A stretch of 64,000 nt of DNA from a virus, in IMG/VR virus record IMGVR_UViG_3300020190_000010, positions 32,001 through 96,000 of that record, one strand, 5' to 3'. The notes under the pieces were generated by a model. It did not search any database and was not told the DNA's origin. It was given only the letters and a program-made list of their open reading frames with translations. Numbering within the stretch: position 1 is the stretch's first letter; the number at the start of each line of letters is the position of its first letter. Shown here in pieces: positions 20,044 through 30,739 of this stretch. A program made the translations under genes and the position numbers.

Positions 20044-20997
20044 ATGATAAATTACGATTTGTTATCTCTTGTTGAGAAAGTTCTTGGTAAAGGTAGAAGA
20101 ACATCTGGCAACAATTATTCATTCTTCTCACCTTTCATCAGTCATTACAAACCAAAACTTGAAATTGATTTAACTGTAAACAATAACGGTGAAAATCCAT
20201 GGCATTGTTGGGTTAGTAATGCTAAAGGTAGAAGTATAGTTTCACTATTCAAAAAAGTAAAAGCAGGTAAACAATACCTAGATGACTTAAATAAAATACT
20301 CAAAACAAAAAATCTATACATTAAAGATAAATCCGAAACAAAAGAAGAATTGGTTTTACCAAAAGAATTTATCCGTTTATACGAATACCCAAAGATAAAA
20401 GACATTCAAGTAAAAATGCAAATGAAACAAGCATTAAATTATTTGAAATTAAGAGGTATCGGTAGAACGGATATATTGCGTTATGGGATTGGTTATTGTC
20501 CTAATGGTAATTATTCTGGCAGAATTATTGTTCCATCTTATGATGAAAACTTCAATCTAAACTTTTTTGTTTCTCGTTCTATTTTTGAAGAAGATACTCT
20601 AAAATATAAAAATCCAAAATGGAGTAAAGATGTTATTGGATTTGATTGTTTTATTGATTGGGATGAACCGGTTACACTTGTTGAAGGTGTATTCGATGCA
20701 ATTACTGCCAGATATAATGCAGTTCCACTATTCGGCAAAATAATTCAACCAAAACTTCGAGAAAGAATTTTGTTGCGTAAACCACCAAAAATAATTGTTG
20801 CACTTGATAATGATGCTTATTCGGATGCCATAAAAATATCCTCATCACTTCTTTCAGAAGGTATAAATGTATCAATAGTTCAAATGCAAAGTAAAGATAT
20901 AAATGAAATGGGTTTCAAAGATTTTTCAAGTTTGAAATCAGTTACACCACCAACAGACAGTTATGATATAATTAAACAGAGGATATTGTATGCGTAA
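20044..20997 (+). CDS. DNA primase (DnaG-type, Toprim)
   Basis: YLKLRGI, GRIIVPSYD, KYKNP, LVEGVFDAI and VALDNDA motifs; degenerate N-terminal zinc-binding domain. Confidence 0.9.
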   Translation: MINYDLLSLVEKVLGKGRRTSGNNYSFFSPFISHYKPKLEIDLTVNNNGENPWHCWVSNAKGRSIVSLFKKVKAGKQYLDDLNKILKTKNLYIKDKSETKEELVLPKEFIRLYEYPKIKDIQVKMQMKQALNYLKLRGIGRTDILRYGIGYCPNGNYSGRIIVPSYDENFNLNFFVSRSIFEEDTLKYKNPKWSKDVIGFDCFIDWDEPVTLVEGVFDAITARYNAVPLFGKIIQPKLRERILLRKPPKIIVALDNDAYSDAIKISSSLLSEGINVSIVQMQSKDINEMGFKDFSSLKSVTPPTDSYDIIKQRILYA

Positions 20998-23900
20998 AGA
21001 AACATTATGGTCATTCGCTATTAGTGAAGTTGAAAAGATATTACACATATCGGATGTTCATATTCGCAATCTAAAAAGACATGACGAATATCGTAGTGTA
21101 TTCAAAAAACTTTATGATGTTTGTAGAAGTAAAGTTGCTGAAAACAAAAATACTATCATATATCTTGCCGGTGATATTGTTCATGCAAAAACAGATATGA
21201 CTCCGGAACTTGTGGAAATGGTTACAGAATTTCTTGATACTATTTCAAGAATTGCACCAACAATTTTGATTGCTGGTAATCACGATTGTAACTTAAATAA
21301 CATGAGTAGAATGGATGCACTTTCACCAATTGTATCACTATTGACAGATGAAAAAAATCAATTATTTTATTTGAAACAGAGTGGTATTTACTATTTACAA
21401 AATGTTGATTTTGTTCTTAACTCGGTTTATGAAAATCCAAAAGATTTTATTTTGGCAAAAGATGTGGTTGGAAACAGAACAAAAATAGTATTGTATCATG
21501 GACCCGTTGATAGAGCAGCAACCGATACCGGTGTTCTTATGAAACATAATGATGTAAAGATTGAAATGTTTGATGGATTTGATTATGGAATGTTTGGCGA
21601 TATTCATAAGTTTCAATATCTTGACGTTGATGGGAAGTTTGCTTATGCAGGTTCACTCATACAACAAAATTATGGTGAAGGTTTAGTTCATGGTATTATT
21701 GAATGGGATATTAAGAATAAGAAATCAAAGTTTATTGAAATTGAAAACGATTGGTCATATCACACTATTGATGTTGAAAACGGTAAAATTAAAAAGTTGC
21801 CAACAAAATGGACAAAGTATAATTCAATTAGATTGCGTATAACCAACACACCCCATTCCGAAGTCAGTCAAATAATGACTGAATTAAAGTCATTGACAAA
21901 TGTTATAGATATTAGAACACAACATCTTGTTGGTTCAAGTAATGGCAATGTTCAAACAAAAGTAAATCCAATTGGTAAAATTCGTGATGTTGAATATCAG
22001 AACAAATTGATTACTAATTATGTAAATGACAAGTTTACGGTAACGGATGATATACTTGAAAAGATTAGGGGTATCAACAGAAATGTAAATACCAAATTAT
22101 CAGAAAGTGATGTTGTTCGTAATCTTATATGGAAACCAATTTCATTTGAATTTGAAAATATGTTTTCATATGGAAAGGGTAACAGAATACAATTAGATGG
22201 GATGAATGGAATATACGGATTGTTTGCTCCAAATGCAAGTGGTAAGTCTTCCATTCTTGATGCAATTATGTTCTGTCTATTTGATAAATGCTCGAGAACA
22301 TTCAAAGCAGCACAAGTTCTCAATAATAAAAAAGATAACTTTCAATGTAAACTACATTTTATGATTGGTGAGAAAAACTTTTACATAAAGAGAGTTGCCA
22401 CGAAAGAAAAGAAAGGAAATGTAAAAGTTAATGTAGATTTTTGGTATGAAGAAAACGGTGACTTGGTATCACTCAACGGCGAAGACCGTGATGGGACTAA
22501 TTACGCCATACGGAAGTATATTGGAAATTACGATGATTTTGTCCTAACGGCAATGTCATTGCAGGGTAATAATACAAACTTCGTAGATAAAGCACAAAAG
22601 GATAGAAAAGATTTGTTGGCACAATTCTTTGACTTAAATTTATTCGAGGAATTAAACATTATTGCTACGGATGAAGTCAAGGGATTGCAGGCATTGGTCA
22701 AGGAATTTAAGAAACAAGACCATTCAACAAAATTAGCAGATGCCATCGGTATTCATAAAGCAAATACAATACTTTTGGAAGAAACAACTGACCAGAAGGG
22801 TTATATTGAGAAAAAAATAGAAAAATTAACCGTTTCAATTTCAGAATTGAATAAAAAACTAATTCCAATTGCAGACAATTTTTCTTCAAAATCTGTCCAA
22901 TCATTATTGGATAAGAGATATTTATTAGATAGAAAGAGTAATGATTTAATAAATGAAATAAAGTCATTAGAAGATGAATTAGATGATGCTAAGACATCAC
23001 ACTCGAAGTATCTTGGTTTATCGAAAGAGTTTGATAAAGAAACTCTGATGGTAAGAAAAGAAAGAATTGACATTGTTCGTAACAGAATAACTGAACTTGA
23101 AGCTGATTTGCGTAGTGTAAAGTTAAAAGTTCAACATTGTCAAGATAAAATTGATAATTTGAAAGATCATGAGTATGATCCAAACTGTGAGTTTTGTGTA
23201 AATAATGTATTTGTTAAGGATGCAGAAAGAGCAAAATCACAGATTTGGGGATTTGAACAAGACAGAGATGAATTGAATTTTGAATTGCGTAATTTGAACG
23301 AGGAATTTACAAAAAATTCATTTGTTTATTCTGAATTAGAAAAATTACATTCTCTTGAAAATAGTGCTTTCAAATATGAGAAGCAGATATATTCGGTAGA
23401 AAAACAGATTTTTTCTGCAAAAGAAGAACAGAAAAGAATACATGATGAAATTGGTAACATAGATATTCAGATTGAAAAGTATAAAGAAAATGAAGATGCC
23501 ATCAATCAGAATAACAAAATTCAATCAGAAATTGATGAATTGGAAACTGAAAAGAATACTCTATTAAAAGTTGAATTGAAAAAAATTGATGAAAGTATTT
23601 TAGAGTATAATGGTAATGTAAAGGTTAGTGAAAAGGTAATAGACGAATGTGAAGTATCTATACAAAAGTTGAAAGACCTTGAAAAAGAATATGAAGCATA
23701 CGACTATTACCTAAAGGCAGTAAACAGAAACGGTGTTCCGTATGAATTGATAAGTAATGCTTTGCCAAGTATTCAAGAAGAAACAAATAATATATTGGCA
23801 AACGTGGTCGATTTCCAAGTTCTGTTTGATACAGACGGAAAGAGTATCAATACATACATAGTATATGACGATGACCGTTTTTGGAATTTGGAACTGTCAA

Positions 23901-24169
23901 GTGGTATGGAAAAGTTTATTTCATCACTTGCAATCAGAACAGCATTGATACAAGTTTCGTCTTTACCAAGACCAAACTTTATTGCAATAGATGAAGGATT
24001 GGGTGTTCTTGATCCAACTGTTATGGCAAACTTCTCTCTGTTCATGGAGTATTTGAAAACACAATTTGAATTTGTAATACTTATATCACACATAGATAGT
24101 GTTCGTGATATGGTGGACAATCACATTGAGATTAAAAAAGAAAACGGATTTTCTAAAATAGAGACATAG
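20990..24169 (+). CDS. Fused Mre11/SbcD nuclease - Rad50/SbcC ATPase (T4 gp47-gp46-like)
   Basis: Phosphoesterase motifs HISDVH, AGDIVH, AGNHD, LYHG, FGDIH; Walker A APNASGKSS; hook CEFC; signature SSGMEK; Walker B IAIDEG; ISH. Confidence 0.92.
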   Translation: MRKETLWSFAISEVEKILHISDVHIRNLKRHDEYRSVFKKLYDVCRSKVAENKNTIIYLAGDIVHAKTDMTPELVEMVTEFLDTISRIAPTILIAGNHDCNLNNMSRMDALSPIVSLLTDEKNQLFYLKQSGIYYLQNVDFVLNSVYENPKDFILAKDVVGNRTKIVLYHGPVDRAATDTGVLMKHNDVKIEMFDGFDYGMFGDIHKFQYLDVDGKFAYAGSLIQQNYGEGLVHGIIEWDIKNKKSKFIEIENDWSYHTIDVENGKIKKLPTKWTKYNSIRLRITNTPHSEVSQIMTELKSLTNVIDIRTQHLVGSSNGNVQTKVNPIGKIRDVEYQNKLITNYVNDKFTVTDDILEKIRGINRNVNTKLSESDVVRNLIWKPISFEFENMFSYGKGNRIQLDGMNGIYGLFAPNASGKSSILDAIMFCLFDKCSRTFKAAQVLNNKKDNFQCKLHFMIGEKNFYIKRVATKEKKGNVKVNVDFWYEENGDLVSLNGEDRDGTNYAIRKYIGNYDDFVLTAMSLQGNNTNFVDKAQKDRKDLLAQFFDLNLFEELNIIATDEVKGLQALVKEFKKQDHSTKLADAIGIHKANTILLEETTDQKGYIEKKIEKLTVSISELNKKLIPIADNFSSKSVQSLLDKRYLLDRKSNDLINEIKSLEDELDDAKTSHSKYLGLSKEFDKETLMVRKERIDIVRNRITELEADLRSVKLKVQHCQDKIDNLKDHEYDPNCEFCVNNVFVKDAERAKSQIWGFEQDRDELNFELRNLNEEFTKNSFVYSELEKLHSLENSAFKYEKQIYSVEKQIFSAKEEQKRIHDEIGNIDIQIEKYKENEDAINQNNKIQSEIDELETEKNTLLKVELKKIDESILEYNGNVKVSEKVIDECEVSIQKLKDLEKEYEAYDYYLKAVNRNGVPYELISNALPSIQEETNNILANVVDFQVLFDTDGKSINTYIVYDDDRFWNLELSSGMEKFISSLAIRTALIQVSSLPRPNFIAIDEGLGVLDPTVMANFSLFMEYLKTQFEFVILISHIDSVRDMVDNHIEIKKENGFSKIET

Positions 24170-24170
24170 G

Positions 24171-27100
24171 ATGTTAGAAAAGAAACGGTTACCCAGAAAA
24201 TACATAGATGTAAAAACTACCTTTACGGATAGTAATAATAAATCACCAAACATTCTTGATTTGAAATTTATACCCGATGTATTTACTGCCGGTAAAAATA
24301 TATTTAAGATAAAGCCAAATAAAAAAGTAGTTTCTTCAAAGTTTCCAATAGACATAGAAATTCTTGATAAGAATGGTAATCCAATATACCATGAAGTTTT
24401 AGAGTCAAGAGAAAAAACAGATCTAATAAATGTTTCAGTTTATGTTTATGAGACTGTTCCTGCAGGTGAATGCACAATAACTATTCTAGCAACTGTAACT
24501 GTTGATAGAACGGGAAGACCTTTAACTAAAAGCAATATAAAGAAGTATAATTACAAATACAACCACAAACTTTCTGTTGATCCAAAAAAACAAAATGAAA
24601 GCGAAATAATATATTCAAAAGTTCCAGAAGTTTCTATTAAGGAAAAAACATTTTCTGTAATAGAAGAAATAAATACGCCAACAAAATTGGATGTAAAATC
24701 TGGATATGCAAACTATGAGTTAAAAGAAGACGGAACACCAAGATTAACTGCTAGAACAGATTTATTCAATTCCGATTTTGTTAATGGTAAAATAACATTT
24801 GGATCTCTTGCAACAGGATATAGACCAACCGTTCAAACTTCATCATTTCAATATACATCAAGCGTTGATAAGGTAGTTGGACCAAGACAATTAAACTTAA
24901 AAGATGCAGTTTACATAACTGGATCAGATGGGATTTATAGAAAATTAAGTTCTGTTTCAAATCAACCGTATCAAATAGAGTATTACAAAAGTCCAACTAT
25001 TAGAAATATAACACAAAATGTAAAGACATATGCACAGATTGATATTTCTGGATTGGATCCTGAAGTTGGTAATTCATCTAGAATAAAAGTTTTTGCTAGA
25101 AGTGCCGTAAAACCAAATCAATCATATGAGTTAATATATGATGAAAGAGTATTACAAAATAATAGATTGGTAGATACTTCATCAAAATTTATAGATCATC
25201 CAATCGGTATATTTGCAAAAAATGTTACAGTAAAATCTGCTGGAACACAAGTAACATACCAATTAAATTCATCTGCAAGTTATTGGAAAGCGGTATCTGT
25301 AAACGGTGCTCCATCTGCAAATATAACAACTGGATCAGTTGCTAATGATGAAACCTTTGTTGGAATATCAACTGTTGTTGCATCACCTTTAACTGGAATA
25401 CAAGAAATTTTTGTTGAACAAACTTCAAGTGCCGCTACTGAATTTTATGATGATTCTGTTTACAACTTAAAATTCGATTATACCATAAGACCTAGTAAAT
25501 CAGATTCCAGAACTCCAAAATTTAGAGTATATGTAACAGGAAGTGCTTTTGCAAATAATTCTGAATACGGTAGATTGGTTGCAGATATTCCAATTGGTAG
25601 AATATTTGATAATAAAGTAAATAAAGATTACACCGTAAAACTACCTGTTGTAAAAAATGGAACTGGTATAGTTCGTTTTCTTGTAAATGATGGCATAAGA
25701 TTATCGAATATAAGAATACAAGAGGATGTTGATTTTGGTTTTACTCCAAATAGAACAACCATATATGCACCATTGAAACAGGATCATAGAAATGAATATC
25801 TTGATTTTAAGATACAATTTTTTAATGATAGTCTAAAAGAATCAAATGTTTCTGCATCATTTACTAATGCATTTTTTGTTGGTGGAAATAGTTACATATA
25901 CGGTGGAACTAATATAATAACTGGATCTACATTTATTTCTCCATATACTTCAAGTGGTGTTCAATTGTATGCAAACATACAAGCCGGAACATCAGGATCA
26001 GCAATTCAGTCTTATGGTTATAGTGGGGTAAACAATGCAATTCAAAATCCTTCAACTCCTTCTCATTTTGGATGGGGATTAACTCAAGGCAATCCTCATA
26101 GTCAAAGTGTAAATACCTTCTCCGAAACAAATATAAATATGATAAATGAATGTGGATCTATTTTTGATTTTAGAGCAACACCTTCAAATTTTATATTTAC
26201 AATGATTGGTAGTTCTTCATTTCTTGTAGGTAGTAGTGGATCATACAATCCAACATTTGGCACTGCAGGTGCGGCTGGAACATCTGGATGTGATCCAATA
26301 TGTGATGAATCATACATAAAGTGGGATGGGTGTGAAGTAACAATATACAATGCAAATGTAATATCAAGTTCTTTTGTAGGAACATCCGGTATTGGTGGAA
26401 CTGGAACATCAGGAACTTCTGGCACCGATGGATTAAATGGGACATCCGGAACATCTGGAACTTCAGGAAATAATGGTTCATCCGGAACATCTGGATTAGA
26501 TGGGACATTTTTTGGTTCATCTGGTTCATCTGGAACCTCAGGTTCATCAGGAAGTTCTGGCACATCAGGTTCATCAGGAACTTCTGGCACATCAGGTTCA
26601 ACAGGAACATCTGGATTAGATGGGACATTTTTTGGTTCATCCGGAACATCAGGAACTTCTGGCACATCAGGTTCATCAGGAACATCAGGAAGTTCTGGTT
26701 CATCTGGTTCAAGTGGAACTTCTGGCACATCAGGTTCAACAGGAACATCTGGATTAGATGGGACATTTTTTGGTTCATCTGGTTCATCTGGAACCTCAGG
26801 TTCATCAGGAAGTTCTGGTTCATCTGGTTCAAGTGGAACTTCTGGCACATCAGGTTCATCAGGAACTTCTGGATTAGATGGGACATTTTTTGGTTCATCC
26901 GGAACATCAGGAACTTCTGGATTAGATGGGACATTTTTTGGTTCATCCGGAACATCTGGTTCATCCGGAACATCTGGTTCATCCGGAACATCTGGTTCAT
27001 CCGGAACATCTGGTTCATCCGGAACATCTGGTTCATCAGGTTCATTCGGAAGTTCTGGCACATCAGGTTCATCCGGAAGTTCTGGCACATCAGGTTCATC

Positions 27101-30100
27101 AGGAAGTTCTGGCATATCAGGTTCAAGTGGAACTTCTGGTTCATCAGGTTCATCAGGAAGTTCTGGCACATCAGGAAGTTCTGGCACATCAGGAAGTTCT
27201 GGCACATCAGGTTCATCAGGAACTTCTGGTTCAAGTGGAACATCTGGTTCATCAGGAACATCAGGTTCATCCGGAACATCAGGAAGTTCTGGCACATCAG
27301 GTTCATCAGGAAGTTCTGGTTCAAGTGGAACTTCTGGTTCATCAGGAACATCAGGAAGTTCTGGCACATCAGGAACATCAGGAAGTTCTGGCACATCAGG
27401 TTCATCAGGAAGTTCTGGTTCAAGTGGAACATCAGGTTCATCAGGAAGTTCTGGTTCAAGTGGAACATCAGGTTCATCAGGAACTTCTGGCACATCAGGA
27501 AGTTCTGGCACATCAGGTTCATCAGGAAGTTCTGGTTCAAGTGGAACATCAGGTTCATCAGGAAGTTCTGGCACATCAGGTTCATCCGGAAGTTCTGGCA
27601 CATCAGGTTCATCAGGAAGTTCTGGCACATCAGGTTCATCAGGAACTTCTGGTTCAAGTGGAACTTCTGGTTCATCTGGTTCATCTGGTTCAAGTGGAAC
27701 TTCTGGTTCATCAGGTTCATCAGGAAGTTCTGGCACATCAGGAAGTTCTGGCACATCAGGTTCATCAGGAAGTTCTGGTTCAAGTGGAACATCAGGTTCA
27801 TCAGGAACTTCTGGTTCAAGTGGAACTTCTGGTTCATCAGGTTCATCAGGAAGTTCTGGCACATCAGGAAGTTCTGGCACATCAGGAAGTTCTGGCACAT
27901 CAGGTTCATCAGGAACTTCTGGTTCAAGTGGAACATCTGGTTCATCAGGTTCATCAGGAACTTCTGGTTCAAGTGGAACATCAGGTTCATCAGGAACTTC
28001 TGGTTCAAGTGGAACTTCTGGTTCATCAGGTTCATCAGGAAGTTCTGGCACATCAGGAAGTTCTGGCACATCAGGAAGTTCTGGCACATCAGGAAGTTCT
28101 GGCACAACAGGTTCATCAGGTTCATCAGGTTCATCGGGAACTTCTGGTTCAAGTGGAACATCTGGTTCATCAGGTTCATCAGGAACTTCTGGTTCAAGTG
28201 GAACTTCTGGTTCATCAGGTTCATCAGGAAGTTCTGGCACATCAGGAAGTTCTGGCACATCAGGAAGTTCTGGCACATCAGGTTCATCAGGAACTTCTGG
28301 TTCAAGTGGAACATCTGGTTCATCAGGTTCATCAGGAACTTCTGGTTCAAGTGGAACATCAGGTTCATCAGGAACTTCTGGTTCATCAGGAACTTCTGGT
28401 TCATCAGGAACTTCTGGTTCAAGTGGAACTGCAGGAACAAGTGGCAGTCAAGGTAATATAGCCGGTATACAATACAGATTTGATAATTCATCAACAACTG
28501 GCACAGGATTGAATAGCGGTAAGTTTAGATTTAATTCAGCAACTCCATCATCAGTAACACAATTATACATACATAATTTTGATGTTAATACAGTTTCAAT
28601 GGAAACATTTATTGAAACATGGGATGATTCAAATTCAACTCAAAAGGGATATATCTTAATTAGAGGAAATGAAAATAGTGATACAACCGTAATAGTTTTT
28701 GAAGTGACATCATTGGATAATATAGGTGGTAATCCTTCTGCAACAGGACTTGAAATAAATGGAACTATTTTGAATGCTGGGACTGCAACTTTACCAAGTT
28801 CAAATGAACAATGTGCATTACAATTTAGTAGAACTGGAAATAGTGGGACATCTGGATCTTCAGGAACATCTGGTTCATCAGGAACTTCTGGTTCATCAGG
28901 TTCATCAGGAACTTCTGGCACATCTGGTTCATCAGGAACTTCTGGTTCATCAGGTTCATCAGGAACTTCTGGTACATCAGGTTCATCAGGAACAAGAGGA
29001 ACATCTGGTTCAAGTGGAACTTCTGGTTCATCTGGTTCATCAGGAAGTTCTGGCACATCAGGAAGTTCTGGCACATCAGGTTCATCAGGAAGTTCTGGTT
29101 CAAGTGGAACATCAGGTTCATCAGGAACTTCTGGTTCAAGTGGAACTTCTGGTTCATCAGGTTCATCAGGAAGTTCTGGCACATCAGGAAGTTCTGGCAC
29201 ATCAGGAAGTTCTGGAACATCCGGTAGTTCTGGAACAAGAGGAACATCAGGAAGTTCTGGAACAAGAGGAACATCTGGTGTTCAAGGGGATAAGGGTGGT
29301 TTGGAATATAATTTTAACACAACCACAAATACCATTCCTAGCTCAGGACAATTTAGACTAAACAGTGCAACAATATCAAACGGTTCAACCTATACTCTTT
29401 CAATAAATTCAACAAATGCTGATAGTGCATCAGTTGGTAGTTATTTGGCTACATGGGATGATTCCACTAGTTCAACAAAAGGATTTATCATAATTAGAAG
29501 TAATAGCAATGAAAGTTCACTTCTACTCATATTTAGTGTATCTACATTAAACATAAGTTCACCGTATTATCAATACACAGTAACTTCTATATCAGGAACA
29601 ACACTTCCATCAAATTCTGAAAAATGTGTAATTGAATTTTATAGAACAGGTGATATAGGGAATGCTGGTATAACTGATTTACAAGTTTATACAAATGGAT
29701 CCAACTATTGGTCAAAACCAACTGGTGTTAATAAAGTTGATATTATACTAATAGGCGGTGGCGGTGGCGGTGGATCAGGAGCATTATGTGGAACTTCTCC
29801 AGGCCGTAAATTATTTGGCGGAGGTGGCGGTGGTGGTGGAGCAATAACATTTGCTACTGTTAGGGCATCGGATTTAGCTGCAACTGTATCTTATCAAGTA
29901 GGAAGTGGAGGAAATGGTGCTGCTCCTGTAACTGCAGCTACTGCAACTGATGCTATTAATGGTAATAATGGTCAATCTGGCGGAAAATCTATATTTGGTA
30001 GATTTATTGCTCCTGGTGGTATAAACGGTTCTAGAGGAATAACTACTGATCAAGGAACATATGATTTTCCTTTTGCCGGACTAGGAGGCGGATCTCAAGT

Positions 30101-30728
30101 TAGAGATGTAAATAAATACAATGTATCAGATACACAAACCAATTGGGGGACCATGGGTGTTGATGTATACAGCGGTATTGCTATAGGTGGACTTGGATTT
30201 ATTCCAGGAATTGCTGGTGGGACGGGAAGAGTGATTGTATCAGCCAATCAAAACGAAACTCCAAATGATACAAACGCTAACTCTAGACATAATGCTCCGG
30301 TATATTTAATTGGTTGCACTGGCGGTGGAGGTGGCGGTGGTTCAACCGGTGAAACGGGTGAAAGAAATGTTGCAGGTGGAAATGGTGGTTCTATAATTGC
30401 ATCAAATCCAAATGGTACTATTAATAACAACATTGCATCGCCATTTTATGGATTGGATCAAGTTGGTTTATGGAAAGGTGGATTATCTACAACTACTGCA
30501 GCAACTGCTAGTGCAGGTGGAGCATATAGTGGTTCATTATTTGTAAAAATAGGTTTAGGTGGCGGCGGAGGATGGAAACGGAATAATTTAGACGGAGCAC
30601 AAGGGGGAGCCGGTGGCGATTTTGGCGGAGGTGGCGGTGGCGGTGGATCTGCAATAAGTGCAAATGGTCGTAAATCTGGTGCCGGTGGTAAAGGCGGTAG
30701 TGGTGTAGTTGTTGTTATTTCATATTAA
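24171..30728 (+). CDS. Giant tail fibre-like protein with Gly-X-Ser collagen-like shaft and glycine-rich C-terminal domain
   Basis: 2185 aa; GSS/GTS triplet arrays; a duplicated ~125-aa globular domain; C-terminal IILIGGGGGG...GAGGKGGSGVVVVISY. Confidence 0.8.
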   Translation: MLEKKRLPRKYIDVKTTFTDSNNKSPNILDLKFIPDVFTAGKNIFKIKPNKKVVSSKFPIDIEILDKNGNPIYHEVLESREKTDLINVSVYVYETVPAGECTITILATVTVDRTGRPLTKSNIKKYNYKYNHKLSVDPKKQNESEIIYSKVPEVSIKEKTFSVIEEINTPTKLDVKSGYANYELKEDGTPRLTARTDLFNSDFVNGKITFGSLATGYRPTVQTSSFQYTSSVDKVVGPRQLNLKDAVYITGSDGIYRKLSSVSNQPYQIEYYKSPTIRNITQNVKTYAQIDISGLDPEVGNSSRIKVFARSAVKPNQSYELIYDERVLQNNRLVDTSSKFIDHPIGIFAKNVTVKSAGTQVTYQLNSSASYWKAVSVNGAPSANITTGSVANDETFVGISTVVASPLTGIQEIFVEQTSSAATEFYDDSVYNLKFDYTIRPSKSDSRTPKFRVYVTGSAFANNSEYGRLVADIPIGRIFDNKVNKDYTVKLPVVKNGTGIVRFLVNDGIRLSNIRIQEDVDFGFTPNRTTIYAPLKQDHRNEYLDFKIQFFNDSLKESNVSASFTNAFFVGGNSYIYGGTNIITGSTFISPYTSSGVQLYANIQAGTSGSAIQSYGYSGVNNAIQNPSTPSHFGWGLTQGNPHSQSVNTFSETNINMINECGSIFDFRATPSNFIFTMIGSSSFLVGSSGSYNPTFGTAGAAGTSGCDPICDESYIKWDGCEVTIYNANVISSSFVGTSGIGGTGTSGTSGTDGLNGTSGTSGTSGNNGSSGTSGLDGTFFGSSGSSGTSGSSGSSGTSGSSGTSGTSGSTGTSGLDGTFFGSSGTSGTSGTSGSSGTSGSSGSSGSSGTSGTSGSTGTSGLDGTFFGSSGSSGTSGSSGSSGSSGSSGTSGTSGSSGTSGLDGTFFGSSGTSGTSGLDGTFFGSSGTSGSSGTSGSSGTSGSSGTSGSSGTSGSSGSFGSSGTSGSSGSSGTSGSSGSSGISGSSGTSGSSGSSGSSGTSGSSGTSGSSGTSGSSGTSGSSGTSGSSGTSGSSGTSGSSGTSGSSGSSGSSGTSGSSGTSGSSGTSGTSGSSGTSGSSGSSGSSGTSGSSGSSGSSGTSGSSGTSGTSGSSGTSGSSGSSGSSGTSGSSGSSGTSGSSGSSGTSGSSGSSGTSGSSGTSGSSGTSGSSGSSGSSGTSGSSGSSGSSGTSGSSGTSGSSGSSGSSGTSGSSGTSGSSGTSGSSGSSGSSGTSGSSGTSGSSGTSGSSGTSGSSGTSGSSGSSGTSGSSGTSGSSGTSGSSGTSGSSGSSGSSGTSGSSGTSGSSGTSGSSGTTGSSGSSGSSGTSGSSGTSGSSGSSGTSGSSGTSGSSGSSGSSGTSGSSGTSGSSGTSGSSGTSGSSGTSGSSGSSGTSGSSGTSGSSGTSGSSGTSGSSGTSGSSGTAGTSGSQGNIAGIQYRFDNSSTTGTGLNSGKFRFNSATPSSVTQLYIHNFDVNTVSMETFIETWDDSNSTQKGYILIRGNENSDTTVIVFEVTSLDNIGGNPSATGLEINGTILNAGTATLPSSNEQCALQFSRTGNSGTSGSSGTSGSSGTSGSSGSSGTSGTSGSSGTSGSSGSSGTSGTSGSSGTRGTSGSSGTSGSSGSSGSSGTSGSSGTSGSSGSSGSSGTSGSSGTSGSSGTSGSSGSSGSSGTSGSSGTSGSSGTSGSSGTRGTSGSSGTRGTSGVQGDKGGLEYNFNTTTNTIPSSGQFRLNSATISNGSTYTLSINSTNADSASVGSYLATWDDSTSSTKGFIIIRSNSNESSLLLIFSVSTLNISSPYYQYTVTSISGTTLPSNSEKCVIEFYRTGDIGNAGITDLQVYTNGSNYWSKPTGVNKVDIILIGGGGGGGSGALCGTSPGRKLFGGGGGGGGAITFATVRASDLAATVSYQVGSGGNGAAPVTAATATDAINGNNGQSGGKSIFGRFIAPGGINGSRGITTDQGTYDFPFAGLGGGSQVRDVNKYNVSDTQTNWGTMGVDVYSGIAIGGLGFIPGIAGGTGRVIVSANQNETPNDTNANSRHNAPVYLIGCTGGGGGGGSTGETGERNVAGGNGGSIIASNPNGTINNNIASPFYGLDQVGLWKGGLSTTTAATASAGGAYSGSLFVKIGLGGGGGWKRNNLDGAQGGAGGDFGGGGGGGGSAISANGRKSGAGGKGGSGVVVVISY
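26400..28450 (+). repeat. 9-bp-unit coding repeat (GSS/GTS triplets), array 1
   Basis: ggttcatca / ggaacatca / ggaacttct / ggaagttct / ggcacatca units over ~2 kb; assembled length may be unreliable. Confidence 0.95.
28840..29290 (+). repeat. GSS/GTS triplet array 2
   Basis: Same 9-bp units as array 1. Confidence 0.95.
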
Positions 30729-30739
30729 AAGAGACATTT

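Noticed and set aside
26400-29290. CRISPR array
   Set aside because: The repeats are contiguous coding units with no unique spacers, and no cas genes are present.
26102-29361. Long alternative-frame and antisense ORFs (PEVPDE, MNLMCQ and VHQE repeats)
   Set aside because: Shadows of the 9-bp GSS/GTS repeat, which lacks stops in several frames; they end close to where the repeat ends.
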